Source of the DNA: Clostridia bacterium
GTDB taxonomy: Bacteria; Bacillota; Clostridia; Oscillospirales; CAG-272
Length of the DNA stretch: 48,278 bases
Reading direction: 5' to 3'
NCBI GenBank assembly: GCA_017513325.1
Contig: JAFXGC010000147.1
Location: forward strand, 1 to 48,278
Shown: positions 15,107 to 24,431 of the stretch, piece by piece
How the letters are laid out: each line of letters starts with the position of its first letter
Position numbering within the stretch: the stretch's first letter is position 1
Notes under the pieces: generated by a model
What the model saw: the letters and a program-made list of their open reading frames with translations, nothing else
Databases searched by the model: none
Told to the model about the DNA's origin: nothing
Position numbers and translations under genes: made by a program

Positions 15107-16768
15107 TTATTCAATTGAAATAACGTAGCTATAAACAGGCTGGCCGCCGCAGATTGCCATTACCTCTGCGTCGGGATATTTTGCCTGGAAAATTTCTACG
15201 ATATCGGATGCCTGATCTTCATCTGCATCCTCTCCGTAATACACTGTTACTGCAACTGCCTCCTCGTTTTCAACGAAGTTTACAAGTTCTTTAATACAAG
15301 TTTTTCTGTTATAGTTACAACACTTGATCTTTCCGTTTAGGAGTCCCAGAGTTTCGCCTTCATGAATTTCAGTTCCGTCGATCTCTGTATCTCTTACAGC
15401 ATATGTTACGCTGAGAGTTGTTACCATACCGACCATTTCTGTCATTGCGGCAATATTATCTTCCTTTTCAGCATCGGGATCAAATGCAAGCATTGCAGAA
15501 ACACCCTCGGGAACAGACACTGTTTTAAGAACAACAACTTCTCTGCCCTCTGCAACCTTTGCTGCCTGCTCACTTACCATAACGATATTTTTATTATTGG
15601 GGAGAACGAACACGATTTCAGCAGGAGTTGCTTCTACAGCTGAGAGAATATCCTCTGTGCTGGGGTTCATTGTCTGTCCGCCTGTTACAACAACGTCAGC
15701 GCCCAGATCTTCAAAGAGAGCCTTGAATCCGTCGCCTGCTGAAACAGAAACAAATCCGTATTTCTTTGTTATCTCAACAGGTCCGCTTGCTGCGGGAGCT
15801 GCTTCTTCAGCAGGAGCTTCGCCTGCGCCCTCAGACAAGTTGGAGTGCTGCTCTTTCATATTTTCTATCTTTACAGTATAGAGAGATCCATACTTAAGAG
15901 CTTCCGTTATAACTTTACCGGGTTCATTTGTATGAACGTGTAGCTTAATAATTTCGCTATCGTCAACGAAAACAACGCTATCGCCCATACCGCCGATATA
16001 TTTATGGAGTTCACCTGCAGTTTCTTCGCCTTGATACTTCTTGCTTTTTGTTACGATACACTCTGTGCAATATGCAAACTTGATATCCTCTGTGTTAAAG
16101 GATTCAAAATTAGCAGAAGAAGATTTTGAGCCTGCTGTTTCAACCGCGGTGATAGGGTTGCCTTCAACAGCCGCAACGATACCTTCAAGTGCAGTTACAA
16201 ATCCGTATCCACCGGAGTCAACAACGCCTGCCTGTTTGAGCACAGGAAGCATTTCGGGAGTTTTATCAAGAGTTTCCTTTGCAGCAGAAAGCATAAACGC
16301 AAAGAGAGCGTTCATGTCTGTGATAACGCCGTTATTAAGCGCTTCTTCCGCAGTTTCACCCATAACCCTCATAACTGTGAGGATAGTACCTTCTGTGGGG
16401 TTCATTACGGCTTTATACGCCTCAGAAACACCTTTTTTGATACCACGAACAACGTCCGCCATATCTGCTTCTTCATTCTTTGCCCAAGCTTTACCGATAC
16501 CACGGAAAAACAAAGAAAGAATAACGCCTGAGTTACCTCTTGCGCCGCGAAGCATAAGATTTGCAGCCTTCTGAGCTGTTTCGCCAAGGGTGCCTTCAAA
16601 ATTCTTGAAGTCGCCGCGAACTCCGCTCATAGTAAGGCTCATATTAATACCTGTATCACCGTCGGGAACGGGAAATACGTTAAGGTTATTGACAGTTTCT
16701 TTATTATTTTCAAGTGAGCAAGCCGCGCTTATCACCATATCGCGGTACATATTACCGTTAATAATCAT
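15107..16768 (-). CDS. fakA: Fatty acid kinase catalytic subunit FakA (DAK2 domain fusion protein YloV family)
   Basis: 553 aa. N-terminal DhaL/DAK2 motifs NVFPVPDGDTGINM and RGNSGVILS. Central and C-terminal YloV-type domains. Lies directly downstream of a DegV gene. Confidence 0.85.
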   Translation of the reverse strand: MIINGNMYRDMVISAACSLENNKETVNNLNVFPVPDGDTGINMSLTMSGVRGDFKNFEGTLGETAQKAANLMLRGARGNSGVILSLFFRGIGKAWAKNEEADMADVVRGIKKGVSEAYKAVMNPTEGTILTVMRVMGETAEEALNNGVITDMNALFAFMLSAAKETLDKTPEMLPVLKQAGVVDSGGYGFVTALEGIVAAVEGNPITAVETAGSKSSSANFESFNTEDIKFAYCTECIVTKSKKYQGEETAGELHKYIGGMGDSVVFVDDSEIIKLHVHTNEPGKVITEALKYGSLYTVKIENMKEQHSNLSEGAGEAPAEEAAPAASGPVEITKKYGFVSVSAGDGFKALFEDLGADVVVTGGQTMNPSTEDILSAVEATPAEIVFVLPNNKNIVMVSEQAAKVAEGREVVVLKTVSVPEGVSAMLAFDPDAEKEDNIAAMTEMVGMVTTLSVTYAVRDTEIDGTEIHEGETLGLLNGKIKCCNYNRKTCIKELVNFVENEEAVAVTVYYGEDADEDQASDIVEIFQAKYPDAEVMAICGGQPVYSYVISIE

Positions 16769-16813
16769 ATCAGCTACCTTTTTGAAAATCGAATTTATTT
16801 AATTCGTACTTGT

Positions 16814-17683
16814 TTATCTTTCGTTACCAAGGAAGAAGAGCGCAAGAGTTCCGGGTCCTGAATGAGCGCCGATTACTGCGCCTACATGTCCCATCTCAAT
16901 TCTCTTGGGATTATACTTTTCACGTACAATATCAGCAAGATACTTTGCCTCATCCTCACAATCACCATGGCTGATGAAAACAACCTGTTCGGAAATATCG
17001 CCCATTGCTGTTTCACCAATCTTGGCTGCAAGAGCCTGAATTGAAGGCTTTCTGCCCCTTGCTTTCGAAACGTTTATAAGATGTCCCTCATTATCAACGT
17101 GAAGAACAGGTTTGATTGAAAGCATTGTTCCAACAACAGCTGTAGCAGCAGAAACTCTGCCGCCTCGCTTAAGATGATGGAGGTCGTCAACGGTGAACCA
17201 ATGACTGAGGTGGAGCTTATTTGCTTCAAGCCAATCGCGAACTTCTTCAATGGACTTACCTTCACCACGCATTTTAGCTGCGTAATAAACTAAAAGGCCC
17301 TGGCCAAGAGAAGCACAAAGTGAATCAACTACGATGATCTTTCTGTCGGGATACTTCTCAGAAAGTTCGTCTGCCGCAAGCTTACCTGTCTGCGCTGTAC
17401 TGGAAAGCCCTGAGGAGAATGCTACGTAAAGAAGATCTTTACCCTCAGCGACGTGCTTTTCCATTGCTGCCATAGCAGCGTCAAGATTGATCGCAGATGT
17501 TGTTGCAGTTTTTCCTTCACGAAGGCTGTTATAAAAATCCTTAATATTCAATTCATTTCCGGGAATGTACTCTCCTCCGTCCACAGAAACTGTGAGAGAA
17601 ACTACGTCTACGTCAAGCTCCTGAACAAGCTCAGATGTAAGGTCAGCGGAGGAATCTGTCAACAGAACAAAATTTTTATCCAT
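16814..17683 (-). CDS. fakB: DegV family fatty-acid-binding protein (FakB)
   Basis: Start at MDKNFVLLTDSSADL (RBS AAAGGAAG). DegV pattern ...TDSSADL..., TSAINL, FSSGLSST, HGDCEDEA...GAVIGAHSGPGTLALFF. Confidence 0.85.
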   Translation of the reverse strand: MDKNFVLLTDSSADLTSELVQELDVDVVSLTVSVDGGEYIPGNELNIKDFYNSLREGKTATTSAINLDAAMAAMEKHVAEGKDLLYVAFSSGLSSTAQTGKLAADELSEKYPDRKIIVVDSLCASLGQGLLVYYAAKMRGEGKSIEEVRDWLEANKLHLSHWFTVDDLHHLKRGGRVSAATAVVGTMLSIKPVLHVDNEGHLINVSKARGRKPSIQALAAKIGETAMGDISEQVVFISHGDCEDEAKYLADIVREKYNPKRIEMGHVGAVIGAHSGPGTLALFFLGNER

Positions 17684-17738
17684 TTTATTCTTCCTTTCAA
17701 TATGTTCAAATTTACACACTTATCCAACATACTGATTT

Positions 17739-17768
17739 AGTATATCACATTTTTCAAACTACTGTCAA
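17739..17768 (-). promoter_or_regulatory. Candidate promoter of fakB-fakA
   Basis: Minus strand: TTGACA - 18 nt - TATACT. Confidence 0.45.
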
Positions 17769-17917
17769 TGATTTTATAAATATGTGACCTTCTTTTTAAT
17801 GAAAATTCAAAATTTATGCTGTTATTTTTTACATTTAGTAATATTTTCACACCATCAGATACACCATTATTATATTATCTCTCGCTTATAAATAATTATC
17901 CACAAGTATCTAAGCAT

Positions 17918-17947
17918 AAAAAAGGCACCGATCACGGTGCCTTTTTT
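17918..17947. terminator. Terminator after the ABC ATPase gene (palindromic, bidirectional shape)
   Basis: aaaaaaggcaccg-atca-cggtgcctttttt. Confidence 0.8.
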
Positions 17948-17957
17948 ATATAAAATA

Positions 17958-18692
17958 TTAATATGTATCAACTGTCTTCTTGTTACCGCCGATGTAGTCA
18001 CGCTCAAGCTTAAGAATACCGTTATCCATACGGAAGATTCTGTCTGCCTGCTCTGCAATTGCAAGGTCGTGTGTAACCATGAGAAGTGTCTGTCCTCTTG
18101 TTTCTCTGATCTTGAGAAGAAGGCTAAGTACTTCGTCTGCATTCTTACGGTCAAGGTTACCTGTAGGCTCGTCTGCGAACAGCATCTGAGGATTGTTGAT
18201 AAGCGCACGCGCGATAGCAACTCTCTGACACTGACCACCGGAAAGCTCGGAGGGAAGGTGGTGGAGACGCTCAGAAAGACCAAGGCACTCAACAAGCTCA
18301 CGAAGGGATTCCTGATAGGAAGCATCTGCCTTGTTACACATTACTGTGGGAAGGAGAATGTTTTCAAGAGCTGTGAACTGAGGAACAAGGTTATGTCTCT
18401 GATAGATGAAGCCCATCTTTTCGCCTCTGAAGCGGCCGAGTTCATCAGGACCCATCTTTGTGATTTCTTCGTTATCGATAAGGATACGACCAGCGTTTGC
18501 CTTGTCAAGACCTGCACAGATGTGGAGGAATGTGGACTTACCGGAACCGGAGGAACCGATGATAGCTACGAACTCGCCCTTTTCGATTTTAATGTTAGCA
18601 CGGTTAACTGCTGTGATAACGGATTCAGGCTGTCTATACTGTTTAATAACACTTTCTGCCTGAAGCATATATTCAATTTCTCTTCTTGCCAT
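17958..18692 (-). CDS. ABC transporter ATP-binding protein (MacB/LolD/FtsE-like)
   Basis: Walker A GSSGSGKST, signature LSGGQCQRVAIA, Walker B LFADEPTGNLD, H-loop VTHD. Confidence 0.9.
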   Translation of the reverse strand: MARREIEYMLQAESVIKQYRQPESVITAVNRANIKIEKGEFVAIIGSSGSGKSTFLHICAGLDKANAGRILIDNEEITKMGPDELGRFRGEKMGFIYQRHNLVPQFTALENILLPTVMCNKADASYQESLRELVECLGLSERLHHLPSELSGGQCQRVAIARALINNPQMLFADEPTGNLDRKNADEVLSLLLKIRETRGQTLLMVTHDLAIAEQADRIFRMDNGILKLERDYIGGNKKTVDTY

Positions 18693-18754
18693 TTGTTAAT
18701 CCTTTCTGTTGCGGATTTTCCGCACAATCATTTAGTTAGATTCGATTATTTCGA

Positions 18755-21253
18755 TTAGTCTTCATCACGAACTACGTTCTGGATAGCATAGCGATGCTTG
18801 AAGTAGCTCTTATAGGGAATGTATACGGATAAGAATCCGCATGCAACGGACATTACTACGGCAATTACAAGCGCATACCAAGGCATATAGAATGTGTATC
18901 TTACATATTCATATGTGAAGTTAGGTACTACAACGTTATATACATAGAACATTGCATAGCTTGCGATATAGCTGAGCAGGATACTTACAATAAATGACAT
19001 GATAGCCATACTCAAGCCACCAAGCAGGTAAATTGTACGTACGTCGCTTTCTGTTGCACCCATAGACTGAATAATGTTGAACTCTTTTTCTCTCTTGAAA
19101 TAGTAGTTTGTCTGAGAGAAGAACCAGATGATAGGTGAAACGCAAAGAATAAGAACTGAGATTACGATATACAGCTGGCTGTAATGCTTATCTTCTGTGA
19201 TAGCATTTTCAGCATTCTGTTCAAGGTCGACTACCTTTACAGAACCAATCTTAGCATCGCCGCTTTCTACGGGGATGTCACGAAGTTCAGATGCAATAAA
19301 TCTTGTCTGTTCAATTGTGAGATCAGGATTTGTATAAATGTTGAGCTTTGTTACTGTAAGATCTTCTCTCTGAGTTACTGTCTTATACGCATCGTTAAGC
19401 ATATATACGGGAACACTACCGGAGGGAATATCCTTGATAACTGCACAAACAACAAATTCTGTGTATGTGTATGAATAGTTCTTGATCTGACGGCGGAGAA
19501 GGTTCTTGCCGGTGAGGTTGGAGTCAACCTCTGTTACCTTATCTTCATATCTGCTGAGAACGATCTTATCGCCAACATCAAACTTGTATGTCTTGATGTT
19601 TGATGTGGAGTCACCGATGATAACGTACTGAGTGTTCTTATCACTCTTAAGGATATCACGAGGTTCGCCTTCAACATCATACTGGCTAAGGAATGAGAAC
19701 AAGTCTTCTGCGTTATCAGGGTCAACTGCCTTGTAAAGAACTTCATTTGTTACTTTAAGGCTGCCTTCGCCAATATAAGGGGTGTAAGCATCCTTTGCAT
19801 TGTAAACAAAGGGACCTGTTGCGCCAAGTTTTACATCCTTTGCATTGACAAGCATAAATGATGAATTTGCATATCTTGCTTCTATAATAGGTGTCTGGTT
19901 CTTATCGGCATCTTCTTCTACAGGTTTGGAGTTACCTGTTACTTCAACACCTGTGATAGCCTTGAAACCTTCAACCTCTTTATATTCGGGATACTTTTCA
20001 AGGAAAGCATCGTTTACTTTCTGAATGTCAGCACTGAAGAGGCTGTCATATCCCATATAAGAATTTTCATGGTCGATTGTTATCTGATACTGAGCACGGG
20101 GATATTCAAGGTCGGTTGTATATATATTGGAAAGATACAGACCGCAGATGAACAGCGCACAGAACGCGATAGCGGAAGAAAGCAACTGAATGTTATACTT
20201 TCTAAATCTCCAGATAGAATAAAGCTCATACTGGAGGGGGAACTTCTTACCAAGAAGATTGAAGCTCTTTCTGGGGGATGAGATAAGGTTGGAGTTGTCT
20301 TCTGTAATGATAAGTGCCATAGGCTGACGCATACTTGTGAGTCGCATAGGCATTACTACTGAAACAGCTACTACAACCAAGCTGAACAGGAACACACCAA
20401 GGAAGATCACTGCATTGAATGTAAATGCAAAACCTGAAGGCGCATAAATAAGGTATACGATCAGAGTGGAGGCCAACACAGCAGGCACGAACATTACGAG
20501 CATAATTACGAACAGCTCCCAGAATGCCGTACCGAACAGCATCTTGAAGTCCGCACCGAACGTCATGTATACACCGTATGTAAACTTGTACTGATTAAGT
20601 CTGATATTATAGATTGAAGTAAGAAGGAAAATTGACAGAACGAGGAGCACTCCTGCAATAATAAAGAATGTAGCATTATTTGCTGCAACTCTCTGGTTAT
20701 AATCAAGAAGCATTGTTGTCTTAGTTTCAAAGCTTACATCGTCATCCTCAAGATTTGCAAGAACCTTTATGTAGTTCTTTTTAAAATCATTGTAGTACTT
20801 TGAAACCATTGCGGAATCTTCAAGATTCTTTTCCTTACCAAAACGAATAAACACATCGTAAACTTCTTTGTTATCAAGCTCATTGATGCGCTTTTCTGTA
20901 TCTACGATTACATACAGCTGCTTCTGCTCATCAAATACACCCTGCTCTCCTTTATACTTGGAAAGGAATGTATACTGAGAAAGTGTGAGATTATGAATCT
21001 CGTAGTGATAATCAACTTTGATTTTCTCGCCTGTTTCTTCATCAACCTGATCAAGTTCAAGTTTCTGCTCCTGCTTAATCTGCTGATACTCAACAGAGTT
21101 GTTGTTGATTGCTGAGATCGCCATCATTCCGAAAAGAAGCTGAATAATGAAGATTGCAGCAAAGAAGCAGCAATACTGCTTGAAGTTGAAGAACACACTC
21201 TTCCACGCGATTTTTACGTTACGCGACAGATATTCCCAAAATCTTTCTAACAT
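18755..21253 (-). CDS. Large FtsX/MacB-type ABC transporter permease with two TM bundles and large extracytoplasmic domains
   Basis: About 830 aa, with hydrophobic clusters at the N-terminus, middle and C-terminus, and an ATPase gene downstream. The start is uncertain: the ATG at 21253 has no obvious SD, and a strong AAGGAGGA sits 30 nt upstream inside a hairpin. Confidence 0.75.
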   Translation of the reverse strand: MLERFWEYLSRNVKIAWKSVFFNFKQYCCFFAAIFIIQLLFGMMAISAINNNSVEYQQIKQEQKLELDQVDEETGEKIKVDYHYEIHNLTLSQYTFLSKYKGEQGVFDEQKQLYVIVDTEKRINELDNKEVYDVFIRFGKEKNLEDSAMVSKYYNDFKKNYIKVLANLEDDDVSFETKTTMLLDYNQRVAANNATFFIIAGVLLVLSIFLLTSIYNIRLNQYKFTYGVYMTFGADFKMLFGTAFWELFVIMLVMFVPAVLASTLIVYLIYAPSGFAFTFNAVIFLGVFLFSLVVVAVSVVMPMRLTSMRQPMALIITEDNSNLISSPRKSFNLLGKKFPLQYELYSIWRFRKYNIQLLSSAIAFCALFICGLYLSNIYTTDLEYPRAQYQITIDHENSYMGYDSLFSADIQKVNDAFLEKYPEYKEVEGFKAITGVEVTGNSKPVEEDADKNQTPIIEARYANSSFMLVNAKDVKLGATGPFVYNAKDAYTPYIGEGSLKVTNEVLYKAVDPDNAEDLFSFLSQYDVEGEPRDILKSDKNTQYVIIGDSTSNIKTYKFDVGDKIVLSRYEDKVTEVDSNLTGKNLLRRQIKNYSYTYTEFVVCAVIKDIPSGSVPVYMLNDAYKTVTQREDLTVTKLNIYTNPDLTIEQTRFIASELRDIPVESGDAKIGSVKVVDLEQNAENAITEDKHYSQLYIVISVLILCVSPIIWFFSQTNYYFKREKEFNIIQSMGATESDVRTIYLLGGLSMAIMSFIVSILLSYIASYAMFYVYNVVVPNFTYEYVRYTFYMPWYALVIAVVMSVACGFLSVYIPYKSYFKHRYAIQNVVRDED

Positions 21254-21601
21254 TGTTCTTGGGAGCCGCAATGAAATGCGACACCATCCTCCTTGAATAG
21301 TTTTCCGTGCTTGCACGGGGAATCCGTCGGGAAGTCGCAACTCTTCCCCACTATTATTCTTTATATATTATATCACGCATTATAGAAAAATGTAGCATAT
21401 TTTATGAACAAAATATAACAAATTTATTTCCAAAACACACTATTTTATTTCGAGATTGTTAATATAGCACAATTTATTCACTAAATTGCATACAAAATAG
21501 CCAATTATACATCAAAAGTTGTTAATTTGTTATATTTTATTCTTAACATTTTTGTTCACAATTTGCCGTTCAATTATGAACAATTTATTTGTGTTCTTCT
21601 C

Positions 21602-21630
21602 TTGACCTTTCGGTATTTATAGTATAAAAT
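21602..21630 (+). promoter_or_regulatory. Promoter of the AI-2E transporter-metK unit
   Basis: TTGACC - 17 nt - TAAAAT. RBS AAAAGGAGGG is at 21650-21659. Confidence 0.55.
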
Positions 21631-21663
21631 TATTAAAGTAAAGCCCTGAAAAAGGAGGGCAAT

Positions 21664-23040
21664 ATGGATTTCAAAAAAAATGAAAAATACGCATCTATTG
21701 CGTTTCACATTTTCCTTACGGTCTGCGCTTGCGCGATCGTAGTTTTCGCTTTGGTGAATCTCAACACAGTGTGGTCTTTCGTGAAAAAATCAGCTGTGAT
21801 CCTTTCCCCTTTCACTTACGGATTCATCATAGCATATCTTTGCAATCCCATAATGATTTTTTACGAGGAGCGTTTGTTTGCTTTTAAAAAAGCGAAGAAG
21901 GATATGCGCAAGGCTAAGCGTGCACTCTCACTAGCGCTTGCCATGCTTACGGCATTCGCAGTTATTGCTGTTATGCTTTACGCTGTTATTCCGCAGATAA
22001 TAGAAAGCTATGAAGAACTCGGCTCGCAGCTGAATACTTATATACGGAATATACAGACACTCGCAGACAATCTTGTAAAAGAACATTCTGCAAATCTTAT
22101 CGGAACTCAGTATAACACCTTGACAGAATTGCTCAGCGCATATGATATATCTTTCAGCTTTGAGCGAATACTCACATACTCTTATTCCGTTCTTACCGTT
22201 GGTACAGATTATCTGATCAACTACGGAGGAAAAATTGTTGGCGGTGTTAAAAACCTGCTCATAGGAATAATCATTGCCGTTTATTTCCTGGGTTCAAAGG
22301 ATAAGCTCATTGCTCAGATCAAAAAAGTTTGCAACGCCGTTCTGACCAGAAAGAACTATCTCAATCTCATCCGCCTCGGAAGATTCACACATAAAACTTT
22401 CGGGGGCTTCCTGATCGGGAAAATACTTGATTCAATCATTATAGGAGTGTTGACTTTCGTCGTGCTTCTAATCTTTAAAATTCCCTATGCTCCTCTTGTT
22501 TCCGTTATTGTTGGTGTTACCAATATTATCCCGTTTTTCGGCCCTTTTATCGGAGCTGTACCAAGTGCATTTATCATCTTTATTGCCTCACCTGTAAAAG
22601 CACTTTGGTTTATTCTGATTATTTTCGTTATCCAGCAACTTGATGGCAACGTTATTGGTCCGAAGATACTCGGCGATTCCATTGGAACAAGCGCATTATG
22701 GGTTATAGTCGCAATCACCGTATGCGGCGGATACTTCGGCTTTACCGGAATGCTTCTGGGCGTTCCTGCAACTGCAGTTATTTATGTTCTGTTCAAACAG
22801 CATATAGAAAAAAAGCTGCGCCACAAGAACCATCCTATTCATACAGAATTTTACAAAACTGATCCACCTCTTGAAAACATTGTGGACCCTCATCTCGTAC
22901 TCATTGATAGAGACACCCCCGTTCCCGAGCCTACTCTCGAAGATGACATAGAACCTCCCGAAGAGCCGACTAAAAAAACAATAAATATCAATCTTACAGC
23001 ATTGAAAAAATATAAATTTAAGAAAGGTAACAAAAAATGA
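21664..23040 (+). CDS. AI-2E family transporter (UPF0118 / PerM / YtvI-like) with a charged C-terminal tail
   Basis: 458 aa, about 8 TM segments. Family-typical motifs [20 protein letters not shown] and [18 protein letters not shown]. Confidence 0.8.
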   Translation: MDFKKNEKYASIAFHIFLTVCACAIVVFALVNLNTVWSFVKKSAVILSPFTYGFIIAYLCNPIMIFYEERLFAFKKAKKDMRKAKRALSLALAMLTAFAVIAVMLYAVIPQIIESYEELGSQLNTYIRNIQTLADNLVKEHSANLIGTQYNTLTELLSAYDISFSFERILTYSYSVLTVGTDYLINYGGKIVGGVKNLLIGIIIAVYFLGSKDKLIAQIKKVCNAVLTRKNYLNLIRLGRFTHKTFGGFLIGKILDSIIIGVLTFVVLLIFKIPYAPLVSVIVGVTNIIPFFGPFIGAVPSAFIIFIASPVKALWFILIIFVIQQLDGNVIGPKILGDSIGTSALWVIVAITVCGGYFGFTGMLLGVPATAVIYVLFKQHIEKKLRHKNHPIHTEFYKTDPPLENIVDPHLVLIDRDTPVPEPTLEDDIEPPEEPTKKTININLTALKKYKFKKGNKK

Positions 23041-24209
23041 AAAAGCTTTTCACTTCTGAGTCCGTTACTGAAGGACATCCCGATAAAATCTGCGACAAAA
23101 TCTCCGACGCTGTTCTTGATGCGATTCTCGCTGAAGACCCTGCGGCAAGAGTTGCTTGCGAAACATTTGCAACAACAGGCCTTGTAAATGTTATGGGCGA
23201 GATCACAACAACAGCTTATGTTGATATTCCCACTATCGTTCGCGAAACAGTTCGCGAAATTGGCTACGACAGAGCTAAATATGGTTTTGACTGTGACACA
23301 TGCGGTGTTCTCAGCTCCATTCACGAACAAAGCCCCGACATTGCAATGGGTGTTGACCTTTCTGCTGAAGCCAAGGCAGGCGAAACTGACGCTGACACAG
23401 GCGCAGGTGACCAGGGTATGATGTTTGGATATGCATGTGATGAAACTCCCGAGCTTATGCCCCTCCCCATCTCTCTCGCTCACAAAATGGCTATGAAACT
23501 GACTGAGGTAAGAAAGAACGGCACTCTCACATATCTCCGCCCCGACGGAAAAACTCAGGTTACTGTTGAATACGACGGAGACAAGCCTGTTCGCGTTGAC
23601 ACAGTTGTTGTTTCCACTCAGCACGATTCTGAAGTTACTCTTGAACAGATCAGAGCGGATATCAAGGAGCACGTTATTCTTCCTATCGCAGGTTATATGA
23701 TGGACGATGAAACAATCATCCACGTTAACCCCACAGGCCGTTTCGTTATCGGCGGACCTGCAGGCGACACAGGTCTTACAGGAAGAAAGATCATCGTTGA
23801 CACTTACGGTGGATACGCTCGCCACGGCGGCGGCGCTTTCTCCGGTAAGGACCCCACAAAGGTTGACCGCAGTGCAGCTTACATGGCAAGATATATTGCA
23901 AAGAACATCGTTGCTTCCGGCGTTGCTTCCAAGTGCGAGGTTCAGCTTGCTTACGCCATCGGCGTTGCTCAGCCCGTTTCTCTCATGATCGACACATTCG
24001 GCACAGGCAAGGTTTCCGAATCCGCTATCGCTGACTACATCAGCGAAAACGTTGATATGCGTCCCGCATCCATCATCAGCCGTTTCGGACTTCGCCGTCC
24101 CATCTACAAGCAGCTCGCAGCTTACGGTCATATGGGCCGTGAAGACCTTGACATCGCTTGGGAAAAAACAGATATTGCTGAAGATATCAAAGCAGCTCTG
24201 CTTAAGTAA
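23037..24209 (+). CDS. metK: S-adenosylmethionine synthetase
   Basis: [51 protein letters not shown]. The ATG overlaps the TGA of the upstream gene (ATGA at 23037-23040). Confidence 0.97.
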   Translation: MKKLFTSESVTEGHPDKICDKISDAVLDAILAEDPAARVACETFATTGLVNVMGEITTTAYVDIPTIVRETVREIGYDRAKYGFDCDTCGVLSSIHEQSPDIAMGVDLSAEAKAGETDADTGAGDQGMMFGYACDETPELMPLPISLAHKMAMKLTEVRKNGTLTYLRPDGKTQVTVEYDGDKPVRVDTVVVSTQHDSEVTLEQIRADIKEHVILPIAGYMMDDETIIHVNPTGRFVIGGPAGDTGLTGRKIIVDTYGGYARHGGGAFSGKDPTKVDRSAAYMARYIAKNIVASGVASKCEVQLAYAIGVAQPVSLMIDTFGTGKVSESAIADYISENVDMRPASIISRFGLRRPIYKQLAAYGHMGREDLDIAWEKTDIAEDIKAALLK

Positions 24210-24223
24210 TAGTGGTATAGTAT

Positions 24224-24288
24224 GTTTTGAGAAGCATTCCCGGAGGGAACTTTTTAAGGAAAAGTTCCCCCGGAACCCCCTCAAAACC
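24224..24288. repeat. REP-like imperfect hairpin repeat unit (copy A)
   Basis: Arms gttttgagaagcattcccggagggaac / gttcccccggaaccccctcaaaac around tttttaaggaaaa. Confidence 0.55.
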
Positions 24289-24302
24289 TCTTTGTAAAAG
24301 AT

Positions 24303-24342
24303 AAAATCCCGTGACCCAATTTTTGTTGGGACACGGGATTTT
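24303..24342. terminator. Bidirectional terminator between metK and prmA
   Basis: aaaatcccgtgacccaa / ttgggacacgggatttt with one mismatch, flanked by A- and T-runs. Confidence 0.8.
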
Positions 24343-24354
24343 ATTTTCTGCGAA

Positions 24355-24418
24355 AAGGTTTGGGGAGGGTTCGGGAGCGACCTTTCCTCAAAAGGTCCTC
24401 CCGAGTATCCTTGCCAAA
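24355..24418. repeat. REP-like imperfect hairpin repeat unit (copy B, inverted relative to copy A)
   Basis: ggtttggggagggttcgggagcgacc ... ggtcctcccgagtatccttgcc. It shares the GGTTT(T)G(A)GGGGTTC core with copy A and with the interior of the 10971-11173 element. Confidence 0.5.
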
Positions 24419-24431
24419 TCATATTATACCG

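Noticed and set aside
16041-16574. 177-aa plus-strand ORF inside fakA.
   Set aside because: It is antisense to a well-supported FakA frame and is Ser/Ala/Pro-rich filler.
17870-18758. 273-aa plus-strand ORF and 151-aa minus-strand ORF overlapping the ABC ATPase gene.
   Set aside because: The frame giving the Walker A/B and signature motifs (17958-18692, minus) is clearly the real one. The others have no motifs.
21341-21663. I looked for an S-box (SAM-I) riboswitch upstream of the AI-2E-metK unit.
   Set aside because: The region is uniformly AT-rich and lacks the GC-rich conserved helices of SAM riboswitches. None is called.
22890-24422. 510-aa ORF on the minus strand spanning metK.
   Set aside because: It is antisense to a highly conserved MetK reading frame. 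The product is Cys/Ser/Asn/Val-rich low-complexity sequence with no motifs. This is a typical shadow ORF.
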